DNA from: the human T2T-CHM13v2.0 reference genome, Homo sapiens
Assembly: GCF_009914755.1 (NCBI RefSeq)
Contig: NC_060928.1
Reading direction: 5' to 3' (one strand)
DNA length: 64,000 nt
The position numbers were made by a program, and so were the translations under genes. This document shows positions 54,496 to 64,000 of the stretch, in pieces (the first letter of the stretch is position 1; each line of letters starts with the position of its first letter). Below the pieces are notes generated by a model. The model saw nothing but the letters and a program-made list of their open reading frames with translations. It had not been told where the DNA came from and did not search any database.

Positions 54496-55343
54496 AAAGG
54501 TGTTTATGTAAATATTTCTAACGTATCATATTGTTGATGAAAGGAATGTTAGGAAGTGAAACACAATAGCAAATAAACAAAACAAATATTTAAAAGTGCC
54601 TTCTAAACAGTCTTATTCAAAAATAATTTTAGTCAACGGTGTATACTATCTCTAGTTATATAGCCAGGTTGAGTCAAAAGAGCAAAAGTAAAATTGTGAA
54701 TAAATATAGCAACTGTATTTTCCAAATTGTACCTGGCAGAAAAACTGAGAAATCCACATCTGTTGCTGGGAATTAATATTACCTTATCACAGAAGAAACA
54801 TCTTAGGTTATTTGTTATAGCTGCCATGAAATAAAATATCAAAGTGAAACAGAAATCTAATGTTATATTTTGAACCCTCTGAGAATACACTTCAAGTGGC
54901 TGCAGGCCTCCAAATCACTGAAGGATGTAGTCACTTAAGTGAATGAAAAATAATGATGGAGAGTTGATCAAAAGGTAAGTGGCATTACCATTATAAGGTC
55001 TTGATATAAAAGAAATTCTTGTAAATCAAATTGTATGGCAATTATAGTTTGTAAATTTATCCATTTTTTCATTATGTAGTGAATTAGAAGAAAATATATT
55101 ATTTTACATTACATTATATTAAACATTTACGTTATATTAAATATACATTTAGGTTGCATTATGCAGACAAAATACACATACTTTACTAATTTTTAGCTAC
55201 TACTAAGATTATGATGGAATTAAATTCATAAAAAAAGCTTTTTATCTCAAACAATGATATCCATGTTTGAAATTAGGACAACATTGTTTCTTTTATCCTA
55301 GTAAGAATTAGCTAAGATTACTCAAAAAAAAAAAAAACAATGC

Positions 55344-55720
55344 TGTTTTAGTTTGTTTTGTGAAGCTGTAACAGAACACTACAGACTGGGTAATTTATAA
55401 TGAAGAGAAATTTATTTGGCTCATTGTTCTGGAGGCTGGGATGTCCAAAAGCATGGTGTCCACATCTTCATGAAGTACTACCAGGGAAGGCCTTTGTGGT
55501 GTGTCATCCCGTGTCATAAGACAAAAGGACAAGAGAGGAACAGAGTGAACAAGAGATTGAAATTGCAACCTCAAGCCCTTTTATAATCAGCAGTAATCCA
55601 TTCATGAGGGTGGATTGCTCATGACCTAAAGGCCTCTCATTAGGCTTATCTCCCATCCCTCTTGCATTGGGATTGTGTTTTTAACACATAATTTTTAGGG
55701 GACATACTCAAACTGTAACA
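55344..55720 (-). mobile_element. MSTB-like MaLR solo LTR
   Basis: tgttttagtttgttttgtg...gacatactcaaactgtaaca; perfect TSD aatgc. Confidence 0.92.
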
Positions 55721-56396
55721 AATGCCAAGTTACTGTATATTGTCAGACAAAATATACAAGGTGTGAACTCCAGAAATATCATCTCTACAACTAGATGACA
55801 TATTGTTAAGTTATACGTAATATGACTATTTTGTATAATACAAGAAATTACTAAATTATCCAGATATCTCTCCAGGTCATTCTCAAAACAACTTAGTTTA
55901 AAAATAAATTAAACAGCAGACTAGCTTCAACATTAACTATAGTAAAAAATATTATGGTTTTTTGCAAGTACATTTCAGAATAGTATTTTGGTTTATTATG
56001 TTAATGCTGTTTTCACATATGATCATGACTGAGAAAACTCACTGGTTATGTATGGTCTGAACAGTCAGAAAAGTTTAATTGCTAATTTTGTATATGTATA
56101 TTTTTTATTTTAAAAGGAATGCTCACTTTAAAAATAATAATAATAATACAATGAGGGTTATACTAAAATGTACATTAAAACAATTTCCATGAACTTTAAT
56201 TTTTGCAATGTAATAGTATTAGGTATATTTGAGACTATGTATGTTAAAAAAGGCATCCAATAATAGATTATAATTTCAGGTGAAATGTTTAAAATGTTTA
56301 ATTCTCATCCAAATCTAATTTTCTTTCTACATAGCAATACCATTTATTATTATTATTAAATATCAGCATTTTAGCACTGTAAAAATATAAAATATA

Positions 56397-57170
56397 GGCT
56401 GGGCTGAAGGAAGAGAAAGACCCTCTCATATTATTTTATATTGTTTTATACTCAGTACTTGTTTTAAGAAAAAACAACAAGGAAGTAAAACCAAAGACAG
56501 GCAGCCTGACGCCAGGCCCGAAACCAGGCCTGGGCCTGCCTGGACTAAATCCAGTAGTTAAAAATCAACTCATAACTTAGAAACCAATGTTATTCATAGA
56601 TTCCAGACATTGTATAGAAGAACACTGTGAAACTCCCTGCCCTGTTCTGTTTCTGTCTGACCACCAGTGCATGCAGCCCCTGTCACATACCCCCTGCTTG
56701 CTCAAATCAATGACGACCCTTTCATGTGAAATCTTTAGTGTTGCGAGCTCTTAAAAGGGACAGAAATTGTGCACTCGGGGAGCTCGGATTTTAAGGCAGT
56801 AGCTTGCCGATGCTCCCAGCTGAATAAAGCCCTTCCTTCTACAACTGGGTATCTGAGAGGTTTTGTCTGCGGCTTGTCCTGCTACAGGGCGATATGGCCC
56901 ACATTTGTAATCCCAGCATTTTGGGAGGCTGAGATGGAAGGATCACTTCAGCTCAAGCATTTGAGACCAGCCTGAGCAACATAGGGAGACAGTATCTCTA
57001 CAAAAATTTTTTTCTAAAAATTAACCAGGCATGGTCATATGAGCATGTGGTCCCAGCTACTTGTGGGGCTCAGGTGGGAGGATCTCTTGGGCATGGGAAT
57101 CAAGGCTGCAATGAGCTGTGATTGCACTACTGCCATCCAGTTTGGGTGACAGGGCAAGGCCCTGTCTCAA
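56397..57170 (+). mobile_element. AluJ interrupted after 8 bp by LTR15; no A-tail
   Basis: ggctgggc | LTR | gggc-gatatggcccacatttgtaatcccagc...cctgtctcaa. Confidence 0.88.
56405..56886 (+). mobile_element. LTR15 (HERV15/ERV1) solo LTR
   Basis: tgaaggaagagaaagaccctctcatatt...gtcctgctaca; 4-bp TSD gggc; aataaa at ~56823. Confidence 0.9.
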
Positions 57171-57307
57171 GGCCCTATTTTGTGGGATCTGATTTATTTA
57201 ATAATTATTTTTTTTAGATATAATACAGAAGAAATAAAGTTTTAAATTATTTGTATGTGTCTAATATATGGAACAATGTAATGTTTATATGTCAGATACT
57301 TCCAAAG

Positions 57308-57997
57308 TGTAATGCCTAAGGTTCTTGCCTAGCCACGCCAAAGAATTGGTGTGGTGGCTGTGATAGAGACACGAACAAAGAGCGAGAAAAAGCTGTAGGC
57401 TTTATTGAGCAGAGTGAAAGTACAAAGCTTCCACAGCGTGAAAGGGGTCCTGAACGGGGTAGCCACTGCTGGACTTGGGTGATCGCCTTTTAAACTCTTT
57501 AAGGCGGGAAATACGTGCGGCAGAAAGATGTTACCAGAGCAAGAAATGAAGGCAGTAAATTATTTTGTGACATGTCTTAGATTTTGAGGAAAACCGGAAT
57601 TGCAACTTAGGTTTTATCTACTTTATGACCTTGCAGTGGCATGGCAAAGGAGACAGGATCTTACAGGACTTTACAAAGTATGTTTACAAGGAATTGGAAT
57701 TGGGGGTATAGATAAGGTCTGCTGGTCACAGAAAACCGGCAGTTAACATTCCTTTTACTTTAGTTTCAGGGAGGGGGAAGAGAGGGAGACAGGAAACAGG
57801 GAAACTTACAGCAAAATTTTCGCTGTTTATAGCTTTCTTGGGGAAGAAAACACATGCACAAATCCTGGTGTTAGGAATATTTTAAGCATATATCTTCAAT
57901 ATTATTCATCCAGGACAGAAGGAAGTCCTGATGCAGGAAATGACTGAGTTTCTGAGCCCCTACTCCACCCAGGAAGCCCAGCTGGCACCTCCCCTCA
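57308..57997 (-). mobile_element. LTR30 (ERV1) solo LTR
   Basis: Reverse complement begins tgaggggaggtgccagctgggcttcctggg; 4-bp TSD aaag. Confidence 0.88.
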
Positions 57998-59489
57998 AAA
58001 GGACTCAGTTTACATGACACTTAATAGTCACACATAGTTGTAAATAACATATGTATATATTAATCTTTATATATTCATACATGCAAGTTACCTAATTGCT
58101 TAATTCTAGAATTAAATTATACACAGCTCTGAAACATGTTTATTAACTGTACCATTTGTGCCAAGGTTGTTTTCGATGAACTAATGCACAGGAAATCTAC
58201 AAATACCTGTCATTTATGAGTCATTTTTACTTTCTAGATGTTTACATTAAAATAATAAAACGTGTGAAATAAATAATAATATTGTAAGTATTGTCCTAAA
58301 AAGAATATGCTGCTAGATTTCAGAAGGGACTTAAATTATATTTTTTTGTTTTCCATGTTTAAAATAATAATTTGCCTCACATAATACAAATACATACATT
58401 TTGGGGATTTTTCTCTAATTAAAGAATAATTTTAAAAATATTTATTAAAACTTTAACACAGAGAATTTCATTTTTCAGTTAAGGTAAAGTGGAATCTCAT
58501 TTGTTGGAAACTATATTCTAGAATTATCTTATAAAATGATTCAAATTAGAAAAGACTCAGTATTGCCCATAGGAATGGAAATCAACTAGGAAAGTTGACT
58601 CACTAATTATTTAGCAGACTTGAATAAATTGGTATCCAAAAGGATTACTGCCCAAAAGCCTGCCCTGGGGTCGGAACAGGTGTTGTTTCCTCAGAATTCT
58701 GCATTGCTGCTATTTCAAGGAGGAATTCAAAAAGACAACCCAGGGAAAGAAAATCCCATCTATGTGACATGAAAAGCATGACTCCTAAGTTACTTTATAT
58801 GCTTTCTCCTTCTCAGTTATTTCCTAGACTTCTTTCTGTCTCAAATAGATCCCTTACCAATTGCAAAGCAGCTGGCATAAGTCTTCTCCTGAAAATGGCA
58901 ATAGCACCCTTGCAGCAAATCTCAGGCACACAGGTGTTCCAAGGGATCTGAGATACAGCTAGGCAGAAGCCAAATTTCAGGTAGAATCACCCATAAAGGT
59001 TATGACTATGAGGCCAAAAATTGTCTACTAATCTTCCTTCCAAAGGTTTACTGCTCAAGGCTACACTTAAGAACCTTCCTCCTCAAAGTGAGTTACCATT
59101 AAATTCCTGTGCAACTGTTTGGGAGATTGTTTTGGTTGGAATTACAGTGGTATAATGACTGCAGTGCTCATTGCCTCTGTGCATAACACTTGCAAGTTCT
59201 TTAGTCCTTATTAGCTCTCAAACACTTTAAATGACTTTGAATACTTTGCTAAGCACTCTGAGTAGGAGTTTAAAAAGTGGTCTATTGTTCCTGATGCTAA
59301 TTATTACAAATTGTCACTCAGTCTTGACAGCAGATGCTTTGTCTTGCTGTTTTCCGTGGGCAAGAGGCTATAGAAACTTTGCTTTGGGGGGAAGAAAAGG
59401 AAAATGAAAAAGAAACTTTAGGTCTTGAGGATCACTTCTTTATTTGCACTACAAATATAATTTGTGTGTGTTTGTGTGTGTGCTCAAAG

Positions 59490-59938
59490 TGTAAACCAAA
59501 AAGTATCTAAGTCTCAATCAAGTTGGAAGCTTATTTTGACTAAAAGTTAAGGACATGCCTGTGACATAGTCTCAGGAGGTCCTGATATGTGCCTAAGGTG
59601 GTCAGGCTAGGGCCTGATTTCTTACATTTTAGAGAGGCATAAGACATGAATTAACACATGTAAGATGTATATTGGTTCAGTCTGGAAAGGAAGGTCGACT
59701 AAAAGTGGGGGAATGTTCAGGATGGATTTCAGGGCATAGGTGGATTCAAAGATTTTCTGATTGGCAATTGGTTGAAAATGTTTATCTAACAAACTGTAAT
59801 CAATAGAAAGAAGTGTCTGGGTTAAAATAAGGGGTTGTGCGGGAGGCAGAGGTTGCAGTGAGCTGAGATCGCACCACTGCACTCCAGCCTGGGCGACAGA
59901 GCGAGACTCTGTCTCAAAAAAAATAAAAATAAAAATAA

Positions 59939-59973
<35 letters not shown>

Positions 59974-60259
59974 GGGATTGTGGAGACCAAGGCTCTTATT
60001 ATGCAGATGAAGCCTCCAGGTAGCAGGCTTCAGAGAAAATAAATAAATCAGACTTAAAGATTTAACGTCTCTGTTTTAATGTTAATGCAGGCCAGCCATG
60101 CCTGAATTCCAAAAGAAGGAAGATATGATGAGACGTGTCTGACCACCCATTTCCATCATGGCCTGAACTAGTGTTTCAGGTTTACTTAGAATGCCATTGG
60201 TGAAGAGGAGGGATCCATTCAGTTGGCTGAAGGGCTGAGAATTTTATTTTTGGTTTACC
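59490..60259 (-). mobile_element. MER4-family solo LTR
   Basis: Termini tgtaaaccaaaaag / attttatttttggtttac; TSD aaag. Confidence 0.88.
59840..59967 (+). mobile_element. 5'-truncated Alu with (TAAA)n tail inside MER4
   Basis: Only the last ~75 bp of the right arm; TSD aaataaggggttgtg/aaataagggattgtg. Confidence 0.93.
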
Positions 60260-61295
60260 AAAGAAATCAATTTGTATGAAAGTAACATAAAGTTACATCA
60301 GAGGAGTCTGTTTTTTGAATATAGAATAATGAATCTGAGGAACTCTCCTGAGCATAATTTTACTTTTCTTGGGATCTCAGCTTTTCTGGATGTTTGTTAA
60401 TAATTCTTACTGAATAAAAGATGCACTCATTTTTTTCCTTGCTTTCTTATCCAGCTCTACCATCTCCAGTCGTTTTATTTTTAAATAATTAATCGTGGAG
60501 GTGAAATCTATTCATAACAGTGTTCCTGAGTCTGAACACCATTTTCAGATTTTTTTTTTTTATCTTTGCCTAATCCCAGACAGGCAAAGGGACACTGCAT
60601 CTGTGGCAGCAGATATTGTGTATCACATGAGAGTTTAATATAATAATTAATTTTGGATGCATCCTAATTGATGGAAGTAATTGCCTTAAGTATCAGTTTA
60701 CAGACTAAAACCTTGACACATCTCTTACAGAAAACATTCAATTTAGGAACAGATTCAAGTATGTGGAAAAGCAAAATCCAACGCAGAGCTTACCTCTTAG
60801 GTTGTTCACTACAGGGATACCTTTTGAGAAAATAGATATTAGCTAGGAATACTAGGCAGAAATGTAGGAATATAGAAGTGAAGCATATACCACCTTAATA
60901 TGCATCATGCCCAAGCTATTAAGTTTATCTTATACTATACGTTAAGTTATGAGTTCATTTGCTTTCAACAAAAATGCTAGCATTGTTACAGTAAATTTAG
61001 AAATCCTAAGAGAGGAGAGGACCCTCATGTTATTTCGGTAGAGAAAGGTAACACATGGCTGATGACCCCATTCTATGAGTAGGAGAATTAGTCACTCGTG
61101 ATTTTTGTGTTCTTAAGCTATAAACTTATTTTTTTACCTATAAACTTCAGTTTATAGTTAATAGTTTATAGCTAATCTTGGACTTAGAAAATGCCCTTCT
61201 TTATAGACCAATCTTTTTGTCATACCAAAATTATTTCAGCTAAATCTCTCAAGAGTATTATATTAGAGATTTCAGCATCAGACTCTTATAAGTGA

Positions 61296-61883
<588 letters not shown>

Positions 61884-62126
61884 GACTTGGGGTTTTGTAT
61901 GTTGTATGCATGCTCACTTGAGGCATTCTTCCCTTAGCGGTGGAATGTCCCTGGAAGGTCACATACCAGCTAAATTCCACCATTTTTCCTCTTAATGCAC
62001 ATGCTTGAGCTTACTTACCCAACTCCTGAGATCTTATTGGGAAGCTACTTACTGGGAAGCTACACCAGTTTCAGGTGTTTCTATCTATCGGGAAACTGCC
62101 TTTCCCTGACACCAGCTGTAACCAGT

Positions 62127-62468
62127 TGAGACAGCCAGGTGGGAGGGGAGACCCTGGAGAAACTTCAACCAGCCTGCACACTGAGGTGGAGTCTCAGGAA
62201 GTTCCTGCCCTTTGAAGCAGGGAGGAGCCTGGCCCGGCCTCTTTCTATGTGGAACCTAGAATTGGAACCTGGAATTTGAACTGCAGGTAGGAAGGACTCT
62301 AGCAGGGCACTCTGGCCTAGCGAGAGTCCCTGTTTTCCCCTTTTCTTCATTTTCACCCAGTAAAAACCTATCTTACTCACCATTTAAATTGTCTGCTTGC
62401 CTGAATTTTTGTGGCAGTGAGACAAAGAACCCTGTCTTTAGCTCAACTAAGGGAGAAGTCCTGCAACA
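62127..62468 (+). mobile_element. MER61-like ERV1 solo LTR nested in MER50
   Basis: tgagacagccaggtgggagggg...gtcctgcaaca; TSD cagt/caat. Confidence 0.85.
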
Positions 62469-64000
62469 CAATTATTATTTCAGAGAGGCAGTGTGACAAC
62501 TGCCTAACTATCACCTGATGGTTTCCTGACATTCCTGGTGGGAGAGCAGTGAGCGGTGTGGTGGCAAGGTGCTCTCCTTCCCTGCTCATGCCTGACTAGC
62601 TACCTACTGTAACACCCTCTTCATATAGCAGGAATAGTGCTGATGGTAAAAATCCTAAATCAAATGTCCAATAGGATGATGGGAGCTGGTCTCCTTCCAA
62701 AGTACACAAATTAGTCTAATAAATTGAAACTCTTTAACAGTGTAGACTTTTTTTTAAAAAAAGAATAAATTATGCACAAATCCTAATTTATCACAGTAGT
62801 TTGCAGTAGTTAAGCTGATCCATAGAGTTTTGGTTTCTTTTTAGCAAGCCTTCATCTGACCTTTAGAATAGCTGAGTTAGGCCAGCATTAAAGTAATTAA
62901 TCTCAGCATTCTTGTCATCATGTTGGCATCAGCAATTGGGGAATGCATAACATGTGTGTTATGTAGATCCCTAGACCAAATAAAAGCAGGCTGTGATATA
63001 TAAATTAAAGACTTTTATGACTCCTAAACAATATTATGGCTTTTTAGTGAAAACCTGGAAGGAAAAGTATAAGCAAAGTTTGATCTCATGTTTATAACTT
63101 TCATAAATTATTAAACTGAACCTGGGTTTTTGTGGTAACTGTAAATGAAAATATTTCTTATATATTTATGTGCCAGGTAGGTTTTCGTATGTACCACTGC
63201 TAGTTTAAAAAGAAAAAAAATACTAACTTTATTTACTTTGGAATGGAGTGGGGTTAATAGAGATTAATACAAAGAAACAAAAAAAGAGCAGCCATTTCAG
63301 ACCTCTAACAAGAGTCTAGAAAACAGGCAGAGAACAATCAACAAACTATCATCTCAGATTTCTTGTGACACTACTCACTGTCTTAAGGGATGGCGTATGT
63401 AAAAATACCAGTCTGGAAGGGGAGCGAATCCGTGTCAGCTATACTTTATGCCTTCAGAAGCTTATATTCAATGGAGGAATACAATTCTCAATTGAATTAT
63501 TCTTTCCTTTGCCCTTATGGAAATATTTGTTGTGTCCACTATTTCATGAGATGTAACCATGAAAAATGTTCCATGGGGAGTGTAAACATCAATTAATTTA
63601 ATTTCTGTTAACTAAACTGAGGAAAATTTTCATAAATATAGACTTTGAGCTAGACAACTGCTGTGAAAAATTTCTATAGACAGATATTGTGCCAAGGATA
63701 TGGGTATTTTTGGAGAACTCTCTAGGCACATTCATTTTTAATTAAAAACACATAATGTTGTCATTAAACACATACAGAAAATAATTTATAGTGTTTGGAG
63801 GAAGGCTATGTACCAGCTTTTCGACATGCTTTTCCCAATAAAAAGAAGTTGAAATGTACCTTGGCCCAAAATTGCCTTTATAATGACAATATAAATAATG
63901 TGTTGTGAATCATAATCAAGTACAGTCAGGCTTTATTCAATAACCCAAACAACTAATTATATGCCATGCTAGATAAATCAGAGTAAATATAACAGAAGCT

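Noticed and set aside
58590-59260. GC-richer block, possibly an old LTR or ERV remnant
   Set aside because: No termini, TSD or family motif that I could support.

Overview
This is primate (human-like) non-coding genomic DNA: AT-rich, CpG-depleted and dominated by interspersed repeats. It contains L1PA/L1PB/L1M LINEs, L2, a CR1/L3 fragment, MIR, about 11 Alus, Tigger-derived MER2B and MER47 elements, and many solo LTRs (MLT1/2, THE1, MST, MER77, LTR15, LTR30, MER4, MER50, MER61). I find no credible protein-coding gene, RNA gene or CRISPR array. The ORFs I can place are broken L1 frames, Alu/LTR read-throughs or low-complexity artefacts, and the remaining short ones resemble no protein I recognise. 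I see no evidence for a new biological system. The notable structures are: a ~1.9 kb near-perfect two-phase (41/39 bp) minisatellite grown inside an L1PB 3' end; a 5'-inverted L1PA of twin-priming type; an unexplained ~200 bp direct duplication 1.07 kb apart; a perfect 64-bp tandem duplication; an in-frame L1 ORF1-ORF2 deletion junction; and a dense nested solo-LTR cluster at 53.8-62.6 kb. Repeat subfamily names come from recalled consensus sequences, not from a search, and boundaries of old elements are approximate.
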